Positions 52,986 through 64,000 of a stretch of DNA of 64,000 nucleotides are shown here, piece by piece. Made by a program: the position numbers and the translations under genes. Origin of the DNA: an uncultured Rivularia sp. (GTDB lineage Bacteria > Cyanobacteriota > Cyanobacteriia > Cyanobacteriales > Nostocaceae); the NCBI GenBank assembly GCA_963665115.1, contig OY762007.1:736001-800000 (forward strand). The letters are read 5' to 3'. Numbering within the stretch: position 1 is the first letter of the stretch; each line of letters opens with the position of its first letter. Under the pieces are notes generated by a model that did not search any database, had not been told where the DNA came from, and worked only from the letters and a program-made list of their open reading frames with translations.

Positions 52986-55016
52986 TTACATTCTCAAATC
53001 TGCGATCGCACCTTTTGTCATGGCTGCAATGGCTTTATCTGTAGCTTTGGGCAAATGATAATATTTACCTCCGGCATTCTTAGCCAACTCTTTGGCAAAT
53101 CCTGTAGACACAAATTTACTTTCGGTGTCGATTACTAACAGTTGTATTCCTAAAGCGCGAATTTTGGCGGCTACTTCTAATAATTCTCCTTTGATATCTG
53201 GCTTTTCTCCGGGTTCTTGGGGTTCTCCTAGTGACCTAGATAACGGAATGTTACCGCGTCCGTCGGTAATTGCAACTATGACTACTTGTCCAATGTCTCC
53301 GCTTCTTTGGGCGTTTAAGCCGACGTGAGCGGCTTGGGTTAATCCGTGGGCTAATGGTGAACCGCCGCCGCAAGGCATTTTTTCTAAGCGGGTGCGGGCT
53401 AAGGTTATGGAACGAGTTGGTGGTAACATTACTTCTGCTTGTTCTCCTCGGAAGGGAATTAATGCTACTTGGTCGCGGTTTTGATATGCTTCTGTTAATA
53501 ATTGCATTACCGCTCCTTTGGCTGACTGCATTCGATTGAGTGCCATTGAACCGGAAGCGTCTACTACGAATATTACTAATGCTCCGGCTTTCCTTGCCAA
53601 TCTTTTTGCACGAATATCCCCTTGCTCTACAATGACGTTTCTACCGGGATTTCTTTGCCTACGTGCTTTTTGATATGGTGCTGCGGCTCGCAATGTAGCA
53701 TCTACGGCGATGCGACGGACTTTTCCTTTGGGTAGCATTGGTTTGATGTAGCGTCCTCTGTCGTCGGAAAAGATTAAACCGCGACTTCCGGAGTTACCTT
53801 GACGCTGTGCGGTTTGAGCAAAGTAAAGTACGCTTTCATCTAAGATTACGCCTTCTGGATCGAAGACGAATTCTTCGGGAATGCCTGGTGGCTCCTGCTC
53901 TTCTTGATTGGAATCTTCTTCTTGTTCCTGTTCTTCCTGTTCGTCTTGCTCTTGTTCGGATTCGTCTTCTGGCTCGTCTTGGCTTTGTTGTGGTGGGGGT
54001 GGTGGTGGCTGCTGCTCTTCTTCGGGTGGTGTTTGGATTACGGTTGCGCGGGGTACTATAACTAATTCCACCGCACGCCGCAAATCGTCGGGGTTAACTT
54101 TATTTCTGCCGTCGAGGGCTGCGGATGCTTTGGCTACTCGCACTGCAAATAATTCGGCACGGTGTCCCTGCACTACACCACGAATTGCTTCTTCGACAAG
54201 ATAAGTAATTTGTTCTTGGCTGATGGTAACTTCTTTCAACCATTCCCGCGCTAAGACAATTTGAGTTTTGATCGAGTCGATATCTTCTTCGTACTGCTGG
54301 AGAAATTCTTGAGGAGAGCGGGAATAAGAAATCGCTTGCTCTACTGCTTGTACTCTGTCATCTAAACCTAAAACGCCGTCTGCGGAAAGGGAAATGGCGA
54401 TTCTATCGAGTAAATGTTCTCGTAAAGTTCCTTCTTCTGGATTGTAGGTAGCAATAAATAACGATTTGCAAGGATGTTGAAAACTGATTCCTTCGCGTTC
54501 GATTTGGTTGCGCCCTTCGGATAGTACGGTTAAAAGTTGATTGCTAATTTGCTCATCTAAAAGGTTGATTTCATCTACATACAGTACGCCGCGATGTGCT
54601 GCTGCGAGTAAACCCGGTTGAAATACCGTATCTCCCTGCTTTACCGATTTTTCGACATCCACCGAACCCAAAAGTCGATCTTCAGTGACTCCCAAAGGTA
54701 TTTGTAAAAATGGTGCAGGAATAATTTCGGTTTCGACATCTGTGGAAACGTTAGATGATAGATCGTCATCCCATTCTTCTGGTTTGTCGGGGTTGCAATT
54801 ACTAATGGAATCTTTTACAACTTCAATCGGCGGTAGTAAAGCATGAATAGCCCTTGCCATCACTGACTTTGCGGTTCCTCTACGTCCGGCGATCGCCACT
54901 CCTCCAAGTTCTGGATCGACTGCTGCTAATAGTAAAGCTATTTTTATCGCTTCTTGACCAACTACAGCGGTTAAGGGAAAGGTAGTAAAAGTAGAATTAA
55001 CGGTGGATGCAGGCAT
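52986..55016 (-). CDS. chlD: Magnesium chelatase subunit D
   Basis: AAA module, Pro/acidic linker, VWA with DASGS MIDAS motif. Confidence 0.96.
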   Translation of the reverse strand: MPASTVNSTFTTFPLTAVVGQEAIKIALLLAAVDPELGGVAIAGRRGTAKSVMARAIHALLPPIEVVKDSISNCNPDKPEEWDDDLSSNVSTDVETEIIPAPFLQIPLGVTEDRLLGSVDVEKSVKQGDTVFQPGLLAAAHRGVLYVDEINLLDEQISNQLLTVLSEGRNQIEREGISFQHPCKSLFIATYNPEEGTLREHLLDRIAISLSADGVLGLDDRVQAVEQAISYSRSPQEFLQQYEEDIDSIKTQIVLAREWLKEVTISQEQITYLVEEAIRGVVQGHRAELFAVRVAKASAALDGRNKVNPDDLRRAVELVIVPRATVIQTPPEEEQQPPPPPPQQSQDEPEDESEQEQDEQEEQEQEEDSNQEEQEPPGIPEEFVFDPEGVILDESVLYFAQTAQRQGNSGSRGLIFSDDRGRYIKPMLPKGKVRRIAVDATLRAAAPYQKARRQRNPGRNVIVEQGDIRAKRLARKAGALVIFVVDASGSMALNRMQSAKGAVMQLLTEAYQNRDQVALIPFRGEQAEVMLPPTRSITLARTRLEKMPCGGGSPLAHGLTQAAHVGLNAQRSGDIGQVVIVAITDGRGNIPLSRSLGEPQEPGEKPDIKGELLEVAAKIRALGIQLLVIDTESKFVSTGFAKELAKNAGGKYYHLPKATDKAIAAMTKGAIADLRM

Positions 55017-55388
55017 TTTTTATATAATAGTTAGTCTAATTTTATAGCTTACCAAATGTTACTGAAGTTATTCAAAATATAAAGTTTTCTGAGGAATTTA
55101 AGCTAAAACGATCGCGACATTATATGTAACTTTAAATACTGAGGTTTAATTGACAAGAGAGCAGAATATTTATGGTGAAGGCTATGACTTTTAAAGGCTA
55201 TATCTGCATCTGAAGTAGAAATTGCAGAAAAATCTAAGCTCTTATTATCGTATTTCACAGTTAATATGATTTATTAAAATGGTCTTGTTCCTCTGTTCTC
55301 TGTTCTCATTTTTTGCAACTATTAAATTAGCATGAACTTGTACGGCTATAGCCAAGTTTTATTTTTATTGTCCCTTAAATCAACAGAA

Positions 55389-56111
55389 ATGGTTCGCAAA
55401 CAAGAAAAATTAGTAGAAATTATCCAAAAAGCTCAATTTAATGATAATTCGCTTTTACGAAGTGCATTGACTCACCGTTCTTACGTTCACGAAAATCCTC
55501 AAGAAGGCGAACATAACGAACGTTTAGAATTTTTAGGTGATGCTTTATTAACTTATTTGAGTGGAGATTATCTTTACAATCGTCATCCAAAACTCGGAGA
55601 AGATGAATTAACGCGCAGACGTTCGGCATTAGTAGATGAAAAGCAATTATCAAGGTTTGCTTTGGAAGTTGGTTTAAATCAAAAGATGCGGTTGGGTAAA
55701 GGTGCTATCCGTGAAGGAGGATACCAAAATCCAAATTTACTTAGCAGTACTTTTGAAGCGGTGATTGCAGCTTATTATCTCGATAATAATTCAGATATTG
55801 AAGCATTGCGTAATGTTATTGAACCGCTATTTGATTCGGTTCCCGAAGACATAGTTGAATTTCGTTCTAATCTCGATCCAATAAATCAGTTACAAGCATG
55901 GGTTCAGCGCCATATTCCCCAAAATCCGCCCAATCTTCCTAAATATATTATTACTACAATAGGTGGTGTGGCTCACGCTCCAGAGTTCCTTTCCGAAGTA
56001 TTTGTAGATAATAAAAAATACGGAAAGGGTGTAGGTAAAAATACAAAAGAAGCTAAAAAAGCATCAGCAATTGATGCTTTGAATAACTTAAATAAAGAGG
56101 GTTTTATTTAG
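55389..56111 (+). CDS. rnc: Ribonuclease III
   Basis: ALTHRSY, HNERLEFLGDA signature, C-terminal dsRBD; start could be 55332. Confidence 0.9.
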   Translation: MVRKQEKLVEIIQKAQFNDNSLLRSALTHRSYVHENPQEGEHNERLEFLGDALLTYLSGDYLYNRHPKLGEDELTRRRSALVDEKQLSRFALEVGLNQKMRLGKGAIREGGYQNPNLLSSTFEAVIAAYYLDNNSDIEALRNVIEPLFDSVPEDIVEFRSNLDPINQLQAWVQRHIPQNPPNLPKYIITTIGGVAHAPEFLSEVFVDNKKYGKGVGKNTKEAKKASAIDALNNLNKEGFI

Positions 56112-56333
56112 ATTGGGTCATTGGGGAATAGGGCATGGGGCATGGGGCATGGGGCATGGGGCATTGATTTTAAGGTGGTTGTGAAGGCTTAATAAGAATG
56201 GTGTAAGATATCAGATATAACTAACTTGACAATAAAATTCATATTTTAACTTTAGAATAATTTATGATTTAAAATAATCTTCTCCCAATGCCCAATGCCC
56301 AATGCCCTATTCCCTATTCCCAATCCCCTATTC

Positions 56334-57527
56334 TCAATTCGCTATTTCTATGGGTAAAATAACGGTAAAAGTAGAACCATGCCCTAATTGAGAATCTACT
56401 TTAATTTCGCCTTTAATTATTGTAATCAATTGTGAAACTATTGCTAAACCTAAACCGGTACCATCGATAGAGCAAGACTTCCTGTTAGGAGCAGCACGAT
56501 AATAAGGATTAAAAATATTTGGTAAATCTTCTTCGGAAATACCAATTCCTGTATCTGAAACTATAACTTTCCATTTACTCTCGTCTACAGTTTCGCAATT
56601 GATTTCGACTGTTCCCGATTCGGTATAGCGAATTGCATTACTAAGAAGATTGGTAATCACTTGTTGCAATTTGAGTGTATCTGTGACTACTGTTTTAGGA
56701 GCGTTTTGACAATTAGCTAAAATTTGAATATTCTTCTTTCCTAAAGAAGGTTTTAACATATGATGCACTTCATCAATTAATTCACTTGGATTAATTGGTT
56801 CTAACTTCAGTTTTGTCTCTCCTGCTTCCAAACGAGAAATTTCTAATGCGTTATTAATTAAGCGCAATAACTTTCTGCCACTATTTAATACGCGATCGAT
56901 ATGTTCTAAATTTCCATAGGTACTTTTAACTTCAGCTTTTTGTCTTTGTATCCGTAAAAATAAATCGGAATATCCAATAATTGATGTTAGCGGACTTTTT
57001 AGTTCATGAGCTAGATAAGAAAGATTTTCTTGAGAAGTACGAACAAACCGAGTTAATTCTTCATTATGCAAACTTAATTGATTCTGTAAATTTTCTAATT
57101 CTTCAATTCGCTGCTGTGTATAACTGTTAAAACACTGAGCAATTGCTTCATCAACTACGCTATCTATCCAACGCATAGCTCGTATAACTTCCGCTGCCGA
57201 TGCTTTTAATAAGGAATCCTCCAAAGTGGAAAATATGACTTGACGAAATAAATGGTATTCTCTAGCTATTTCAGATGCATCATAACCTTGCTCGGCGCGA
57301 AGAATTCCGTGATTTAAACTTGCTTCTACTATCGTCTGAAAGTTACCTTCCTTATTTTGGGAAAGGACTGTTGCCAAAGCTACAAGAACATGGTCAAGAT
57401 GATTTATGATAGCTGGGCGAGATAAAGCATCGGTGCTTTCAATTTGGCCGTCTTCACAAACTTTTTCCAGCCATATTTGCATGATTTTGTCTTTGTGATT
57501 TAAAAGCGATTGACTAAAATCTTTCAT
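56334..57527 (-). CDS. Sensor histidine kinase with RsbRD-N-like N-terminal domain
   Basis: HGILRAEQGY, LAHELKSPL H-box, NLLSNAIRY, DTGIG, GTGLGL. Confidence 0.9.
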   Translation of the reverse strand: MKDFSQSLLNHKDKIMQIWLEKVCEDGQIESTDALSRPAIINHLDHVLVALATVLSQNKEGNFQTIVEASLNHGILRAEQGYDASEIAREYHLFRQVIFSTLEDSLLKASAAEVIRAMRWIDSVVDEAIAQCFNSYTQQRIEELENLQNQLSLHNEELTRFVRTSQENLSYLAHELKSPLTSIIGYSDLFLRIQRQKAEVKSTYGNLEHIDRVLNSGRKLLRLINNALEISRLEAGETKLKLEPINPSELIDEVHHMLKPSLGKKNIQILANCQNAPKTVVTDTLKLQQVITNLLSNAIRYTESGTVEINCETVDESKWKVIVSDTGIGISEEDLPNIFNPYYRAAPNRKSCSIDGTGLGLAIVSQLITIIKGEIKVDSQLGHGSTFTVILPIEIAN

Positions 57528-58184
57528 AAAACTACGCTAGTTTAAGCAAATTTTAACTTTATTTGCCTTTATTGTAGTTTAGTCACAACAGTATTTAACT
57601 ACTTAAAAAATATGGCTATAGTCGTATTATTCTGCGGCATTAAATTGTTAATTTTATTATAAAAATCTCTACAAGACCTACTGCATATGATTTATAAGAT
57701 TGAATAATCAGCATATCCTTCGTGTTTGGTCTTTTTTATTCGCTGTTTTCTATTCCCTCTTCTTTGATTATTTAAATAGCATATTAAATATTAAATACTG
57801 AATAATCGTTTTTATTTTTAGAGCTTAAGCTCTGGCAACGAGAAATTAAGCGTTCGGAGGAAACTAAATTTTTCCTAATTTATCGACACTATATGTCATA
57901 TTTTTTGCAATATTACAATAATTAATACAGAAAGAAACGGGACTCAAAAATACTGATTTTACTTAGAATAAGTAGTATTAACTACTTATAGTTAAAATAG
58001 ATATTTCCAATGTATAATCTAATGTCAACCTTAAGGAGGATGATTTTTAGGTGTAAATTTTAGGATGCTATCAAATTGAGTAGTTAAAATATACCATATT
58101 AGATAGTATAATAAAGTACACTTCTATGGTATAGACAAATAGGATTACGGGATGAAAAATTTTTATTAGGATGTAGCAGAAAGT

Positions 58185-58787
58185 ATGGAATCTTCGGAAG
58201 AGTACAAAAATAACAATTCGCTTGAAGTTGGGCAAATAGTATCAAGCAAAAATATCAGTAAGCCAATAGAGTATAATAATTCTGAGATTCATGAAAACAA
58301 TAGCTTAAGTAAGGTTCGAGATATTTTAGTTGGCTCTCAAATGCGGGAGTTAGATAAAAAGTTTTCTCGTTTGGAAGATCGTTTAGTTAAAGAATGCAAT
58401 CATTTAAGAGATGAGACAAGGAAGCGACTGGATACGTTAGAAAATTATATTAAAGAAGAAGCAGATTCTTTGAGTTCTAGGGCAAAGAATGAGCAAGTAA
58501 AGCGCGATGAAGCGGTGAAAGCGATTAACGAAGAACAAAGAAAACTTGCTGATTCTTTAGAGAAAAAGATGACTGAAATTGATGAAGAAGCAAGCAAAAT
58601 TCAACGTGAATTGCGCCAGCAGATTTTCAGTCAATCTCAAAGCTTACACGATGATATTCGACAAAAGTACGAGGAAATCGTAGCTTTACTAGAACGAGAA
58701 ACTTACGAACTCAGGAATGAAAAAACAGATCGTACTCAATTAGCGGCTTTATTTTCGGAATTAGCATTGCGTTTGAATTCTCAATAG
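58185..58787 (+). CDS. Coiled-coil protein, first gene of the GTPase operon
   Basis: KVRDILVG start of an extended heptad pattern; ends KTDRTQLAALFSELALRL. Confidence 0.8.
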   Translation: MESSEEYKNNNSLEVGQIVSSKNISKPIEYNNSEIHENNSLSKVRDILVGSQMRELDKKFSRLEDRLVKECNHLRDETRKRLDTLENYIKEEADSLSSRAKNEQVKRDEAVKAINEEQRKLADSLEKKMTEIDEEASKIQRELRQQIFSQSQSLHDDIRQKYEEIVALLERETYELRNEKTDRTQLAALFSELALRLNSQ

Positions 58788-58876
58788 TAATTATTATAAG
58801 TCATTCATTATAATTAACGTAATGAATGACTTTTTTATTTAATGAAGATTGATACATAGATAAGAGAATTTTGCGA

Positions 58877-60670
58877 ATGAGTGAATCTAACGAGAATCGA
58901 TTAACAGAAGAATCTTTAAATAATAATCATAATCAAGATAATAATGATTTAAGCGAATTGGGTGAATTAAGTGAATTGCGGAGTCTGCTTTTAGGAATTG
59001 AGCCACCAAAACTTAATCGTTTTTACGAAAAACTTGATAATCCTCAAGTTGATGCTGAAGATATTAGTGACATACTTCCCGAAGCAATTGTTTTGCGGAC
59101 AATGCAAGATCGGCAGCTATCGGAGGCTATAGTTCCTACCGTTGAACAAGCAATTGATTCTTCCGTTAAGAAAGATATTGACATACTTTCCGACGCGATT
59201 TTCCCAATTATTGGTCCTGCTACCAGAAAGGCAGTTGCCAGTGCTTTGGATGAGATGTTGCAATCATTCAATTATGCTTTGGAACATAGCGTTTCACCAC
59301 AAAGTTTAAGATGGAGAATAGAAGCTAAACAAACGGGAAAATCTTTCGCGGAAGTTGTATTGTTACGGACGCTGGTTTATCGGGTGGAGCAGGTATTTCT
59401 GATTGACAAACACAGCGGATTGATGCTGCAACACCTTGTCGCGCCGAAGATAGAAGCTCAAGATCCGTCTTTAGTTTCAGCAATGTTGACAGCGATTCAA
59501 GATTTTGTCAAAGACTCCTTTGATGTAAACAAACATGAAGGATTGCATACTTTGGAATTTGGCGAACTTACTATTTGGATCGAACAAGGTCCTGTAGGGG
59601 TTTTAGCGGGTATCATTCGAGGAAATGCGCCGGAAGAATTAAGGTCTGTATTTCGGAATGCCATAGAAAAAATACATTTAAAGTTAGGTAGAGAAATCAA
59701 AAATTTCTCTGGAGATACAGAGCTATTTGCAGCTAGTAAACCTTATTTAAAAACTTGTCTGGAATCTCATTATAAGAGTTCTAATAGAACAAGATATATT
59801 TATGCATGGGCTTCTATAGGTGTATTGGCGATAGTATTAGCTAGCTGGGGATTTTTTGCAGTTAGAGAAAATAAGGGCTGGAATAATTACGTACAAAATT
59901 TGCAAGAACAACCGGGAATTGTAGTCACCAAAACAGGGAAAAGAAATGGAAAATATTGGATTACAGGAATGCGCGATCCTTTAGCAATCAAACCAGACAA
60001 GTTAATTAAAAAAACGAATATTAATCCGAAAGCTGTTGTTCATCAATGGAAGCCTTTTCTATCTTTAGAGAGACAAATTGTTTTAAAAAGAGCTTCTAAG
60101 TTACTGCAAAAACCTAAAACAGTTACTTTTAAACTTGATGATAACGGTGTTTTGAACGTTACAGGTTCTGCACCTCGCGAGTGGATTTTGTCAGCAAGAA
60201 AACAAAAATATTTCCTATCTACTCTCGGTATTATAGAATATCGAGATAAAACATTAAGAGATTTAGATATTGACCAGCTTAATGCTTATAAAAAGGAAAT
60301 TGAACAAATTATAGTACTGTTTGAACGAGGTACAACTCAGTTTTCACCTGGTGAAGTAGAAAAACTTTCAAAATTATCATCAAAATTACAAAAAATTATT
60401 AATTTAGGGAAATCCTTAGAAAAAAATATATTAATTGAAATTGTAGGGCATACAGATACCGAAGGAGATAAAGCAGCTAATACCAAGCTCTCTCAATACC
60501 GTGCGGAGACAATTTCGAGCTATCTTACATCTCAAGGTTTTGACAAAAATAAATTTAGTACAAAAGCATTAGCTTCTGAACAGATTTTACGTCCCGAATC
60601 AACTTCAGAAGATAAAAAGTTTAATCGTAGAGTGTCATTCAAAGTTATTATAGACGACGTTGCTAATTAA
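58877..60670 (+). CDS. Membrane protein with C-terminal OmpA/MotB peptidoglycan-binding domain
   Basis: Cytoplasmic N-domain (VEQVFLID..SGLML, SAMLTAIQDFVKDSF), one TM, GHTD..LSQYRA..NRRV OmpA motif. Confidence 0.88.
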   Translation: MSESNENRLTEESLNNNHNQDNNDLSELGELSELRSLLLGIEPPKLNRFYEKLDNPQVDAEDISDILPEAIVLRTMQDRQLSEAIVPTVEQAIDSSVKKDIDILSDAIFPIIGPATRKAVASALDEMLQSFNYALEHSVSPQSLRWRIEAKQTGKSFAEVVLLRTLVYRVEQVFLIDKHSGLMLQHLVAPKIEAQDPSLVSAMLTAIQDFVKDSFDVNKHEGLHTLEFGELTIWIEQGPVGVLAGIIRGNAPEELRSVFRNAIEKIHLKLGREIKNFSGDTELFAASKPYLKTCLESHYKSSNRTRYIYAWASIGVLAIVLASWGFFAVRENKGWNNYVQNLQEQPGIVVTKTGKRNGKYWITGMRDPLAIKPDKLIKKTNINPKAVVHQWKPFLSLERQIVLKRASKLLQKPKTVTFKLDDNGVLNVTGSAPREWILSARKQKYFLSTLGIIEYRDKTLRDLDIDQLNAYKKEIEQIIVLFERGTTQFSPGEVEKLSKLSSKLQKIINLGKSLEKNILIEIVGHTDTEGDKAANTKLSQYRAETISSYLTSQGFDKNKFSTKALASEQILRPESTSEDKKFNRRVSFKVIIDDVAN

Positions 60671-60687
60671 CAAGGGGTATAAGTTTA

Positions 60688-61185
60688 ATGCTCCAGAAAA
60701 AAATCTGTATGGTAGGTGCATTTGCCACTGGTAAAACAAGCTTAGTAGCTAAGTTCGTTTACAGCATATTTTCTGAAAAATATCAAACTACTGTGGGGGT
60801 AAAAATTGATAGGAAAACATTAATGGTGCAAGAAAAAGAATTAAATCTGATTTTGTGGGACTTATATGGAGAAGATGAATTTCAGAAATTGAGAACTTCT
60901 TATCTAAGAGGTTCATCTGGTTACTTATTAGTTGTGGATGGAACGCGAAAAAATACCTTGCAAACGGCTTTTGATTTACAAAAGCGAGCAGAAGATTCAA
61001 TGGGGAAAGTACCTTTTATTTTAGTTTTGAATAAGTGCGACTTAGAAGATGAATGGGAATTAGATTCTGAAAGTATCCAAACTCTTAAAGAAAAGGGGTG
61101 GACTACGATCAAAACGAGCGCAAAAACAGGATTGAATGTAGAAGAAATCTTTCATACACTAGCAACAAAAATACTGGAGGGGTGA
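60688..61185 (+). CDS. Small Ras/Rab-like GTPase
   Basis: GAFATGKTS (G1), TVGV (G2), WDLYG (G3), NKCD (G4), TSAK (G5). Confidence 0.92.
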   Translation: MLQKKICMVGAFATGKTSLVAKFVYSIFSEKYQTTVGVKIDRKTLMVQEKELNLILWDLYGEDEFQKLRTSYLRGSSGYLLVVDGTRKNTLQTAFDLQKRAEDSMGKVPFILVLNKCDLEDEWELDSESIQTLKEKGWTTIKTSAKTGLNVEEIFHTLATKILEG

Positions 61186-61189
61186 ATGT

Positions 61190-61567
61190 ATGGATATCCC
61201 GTTACCTGTAAGTAGTTATCTAATCAATTTTATGAGAGAAAGTCGTTCTCTGGCATATCTTTTTGTCGATAAAGATGGATCTTTAGATAGTTGGGGTGGA
61301 AAGATAAATCAATATGGAATAGCCAATTTACATCAGGGAGAAGATGCCAGTCAGCAAATTTTCTTTCTGGAAGGACTTTTACCGCTCGATGGTTTTCCGT
61401 TGTTTTTACCTTGTCTTAAAACTGAACGTGGAATCTGTGCGGATGTGCATTTATTTCCAGAAAAGGAAGGAGATTGGGTATTACTATTAGATGCAACTTG
61501 GGATGAAATGCAAATATTTAAAATTCAACAGGAAGTAAACTCTGCTTGTTTATTGCAGCGCAAATAA
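61190..61567 (+). CDS. Hypothetical PAS-like protein
   Basis: 125-aa ORF 4 bp after the GTPase; ADVHLFP..WVLLLDA. Confidence 0.7.
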   Translation: MDIPLPVSSYLINFMRESRSLAYLFVDKDGSLDSWGGKINQYGIANLHQGEDASQQIFFLEGLLPLDGFPLFLPCLKTERGICADVHLFPEKEGDWVLLLDATWDEMQIFKIQQEVNSACLLQRK

Positions 61568-61633
61568 GAGTAATATTATATCGGGAATAAATATTAAAAA
61601 AATAAAAAAAACGATTCTGCGACTGTCTTAATT

Positions 61634-62756
61634 ATGAGTGAATCTATCACAGCAGAAATTTTTGCCGCTTTAAATATTTTAGTTTTAGAACGGCTTGATA
61701 TTGGTAAATTTAAGTTTACCGGAGATAAACCAAAATGGATTAGACGATTTTGTCGCAAAAAATTAGAACCAGAAATGGAAATCTTTATTCCTGAAGAAGA
61801 TTTTCCTTTTGTGGAGAACTTCTTAATTGATGCGGAAGAATATTGGCAAAGTAGTGAAAAAAAACCTTTAAAATCGGGAATCTGGAGCGATTTAGATATT
61901 GTTGGCAATGAATTTCATTTTGAAGCTTCAGCTTTGATCGCGAATCATAAAAAAATATTACTGATTGAAATGATGAGCGATGCTTATCTAGAAAAGCAAA
62001 GCTTGATTCAGCAAGCTAGAGAAAATAAACTAAATTATCAACATATTATTAAAGAAAATCAAAAGAAAGAAGTATTAATTCACTGCATTATACATGATGT
62101 CGCCGGACAATTAAGCGGTATAAACTGTTGTTTAGCTCTATTAGAATTAGAAAATTTAACACAGAAAGGTAAACAGCGTTTAGAAATTGGTAGAAAGCAA
62201 ACCATTCAACAAGAAATATTGATTAGGCAAATTTTAAATGCATTTTCTACAGAAGTAAAATCGCTAGAGGGTTTTTCAAACGGCAGGGAAAAAGCACCAG
62301 ATATTTTAGTCTCTGCACGCGATGTGGTTGAATTGCTAACACCAACTTTTACATTAAATAAAATGCGCTTGCAGCTTTCTGAGGATATAGATACTTTACT
62401 CAATTGGCAAGTAGTTGGTGACAAATCACGTTTGGATAGAATATTAGCAAATTTAATCGAAAATGCTTTTCGTCATAGCCCCTCAAACTCTACCGTTACT
62501 GTAAATTTACAGCAAGAAGAAGAATATATTATTGCCAGTGTAGAAGATAGAGGAAGCGGCGTACCTTTAGAAATTGCCGATACTTTATTTCAAAAATTTA
62601 CTCAAGGACAAAAAAAATCGGGTAAATCTGGAATTGGACTTTATTTTTGTAAAATCACAGTCGAACGTTGGGGAGGAGAAATCGGCTTTACACCTCGTGA
62701 AGGTGGGGGTTTCCCGGTTTTGGCTTCGTTTGTTAAAGGTAGGGAATGGGGAATAG
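61634..62756 (+). CDS. Histidine kinase; one extra base at ~62705-62715
   Basis: IIHDVAGQL H-box, NLIENAFRHS, DRGSG, GIGLYFC; removing one base gives GGSRFWLRL and a stop at 62756. Confidence 0.85.
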
Positions 62757-62828
62757 GGGATTGGGAATTGGTAATTGGGAATTGGTAATTGGAGATGGGG
62801 AGACAAGGTGATAAGGGGAAATCAAGTC

Positions 62829-64000
62829 TTAGCTGTTAACTCCTAACTTTTCATCTTTTACTTGATTTAGCGAGTAAATATCGATACCGCGTCCGAAAGC
62901 AAAGCGTAGAGAACTTGATAAATTTTTACTTGATAAAGTGGTGAAGATTATTATTGCACTAAAGGTAATAGCAAAATTGAATCCGAATATATTGCGATAA
63001 CCTATTTCTTGAGCAATTATGCCAAAAATGGGGGCAGCAAGTGCTACACCAACGTCAAAACCAACCATGCACAAGCTGAAGGTTCGTCCTCTTTCGTGGG
63101 GATAACTTCTATCTGTTATCATCGCTGCAATCATGGGAATTATCGTACCACCACCAATTCCTTCAAACATTGCTGCTAATAAGAAATCCACCGAACTATT
63201 GGCAGTCCATAATAATACCATTGCTACACTGTAGCAAATTAGACTTGAAGTAATAAATAAACCACGACCAAATCTATCGCTAGCCCTTCCGCAAAAAAAC
63301 CTCGAACAAAAACTGGCGATCGCGACTGCCGTGTAAAATAATCCAGGGTTTAAATTAGCTTCGGTTGATTTGATAAATAATGGTACGAAAGTATGTAAGG
63401 TTCCGAGCGTTAAGCCGATAATTAGTAAGATAGTAGCGGGAATTCTCATTCTAGGACTAATTAATTTTTGCCAAAATGGAGAATCGCTATTTATAACTTT
63501 TTCCTGTGCTTGAACTATGGGATTGATAATTGGTATGGAAAATAATAATCCCAAACAAGCTAAAGTGGTAGACAATATGAATAATGGCGTATAACCATAT
63601 GCTTCCATTAAATAACCACCTAATGCTGGCCCAATCGCCATACCAACAGGATTAACCAAACTCATATAGCCAATTAATTCACCGCGATTTCCTACAGGTG
63701 CGATATCTGCAACTAAAGCTAAAAACGCAGTAGAAAAAGCTGCGATACTGATACCGTGAAAAGCTCGGATTACCATTAACAGCGGTACAGATTGAACAAA
63801 ATTGTAGCCAATTGGAGCAATTGCGGCTGATACAAGCCCTATTATTAATACAATTTTCCGACCTCGTTTATCTGCTAATTGACCTAATAATGGACGAAAT
63901 AATAATAATCCAATCGCAAAACTGCCCATTACCAAGCCAATTTGCTGCTTTGATGCTCCAATCTCTTCAATATAAAGCGGTAAAGTTGGTAATAACGAAG
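62829..64000 (-). CDS. MFS transporter (5' end outside window)
   Basis: GQLADKRGRK and GRASDRFGRG motif A; multiple TM helices. Confidence 0.92.
   Translation of the reverse strand, partial: SLLPTLPLYIEEIGASKQQIGLVMGSFAIGLLLFRPLLGQLADKRGRKIVLIIGLVSAAIAPIGYNFVQSVPLLMVIRAFHGISIAAFSTAFLALVADIAPVGNRGELIGYMSLVNPVGMAIGPALGGYLMEAYGYTPLFILSTTLACLGLLFSIPIINPIVQAQEKVINSDSPFWQKLISPRMRIPATILLIIGLTLGTLHTFVPLFIKSTEANLNPGLFYTAVAIASFCSRFFCGRASDRFGRGLFITSSLICYSVAMVLLWTANSSVDFLLAAMFEGIGGGTIIPMIAAMITDRSYPHERGRTFSLCMVGFDVGVALAAPIFGIIAQEIGYRNIFGFNFAITFSAIIIFTTLSSKNLSSSLRFAFGRGIDIYSLNQVKDEKLGVNS

Overview
AT-rich chromosomal segment of a cyanobacterium, most likely a filamentous heterocyst-former (Nostocales, Rivularia/Calothrix-like). 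This is inferred from chlD, ycf34, sigF, HIP1 GCGATCGC sites and STRR heptamer repeats. The housekeeping backbone is the ileS 3' end, thrC, tsaB, cca, trpG-dgkA-ybeY-prfB, sigF, pgm, dusA, chlD and rnc. Accessory content: an orphan 21-repeat CRISPR array with leader, a mazEF-type pair, katG, a four-gene wHTH(RcaD-like)/ATPase/exonuclease-nuclease-FtsK/ParA cluster, a complete IS200/IS605 (tnpA+tnpB) element, a RAYT transposase inside a REP/REPIN array interleaved with pentapeptide-repeat genes, and an OmpA/small Ras-like GTPase/histidine-kinase operon. The most striking feature is two tandem, full-length release factor 2 paralogues directly upstream of prfB. Both keep the SPF motif and a prfB-type +1 frameshift site (one CTT-TGA-C, one CTT-TAG-C), and both have lost the catalytic GGQ motif. 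Six other genes carry single-base insertions next to likely methylation motifs; these are probably sequencing errors. All functional calls come from motif recognition by eye, and no database searches were run.
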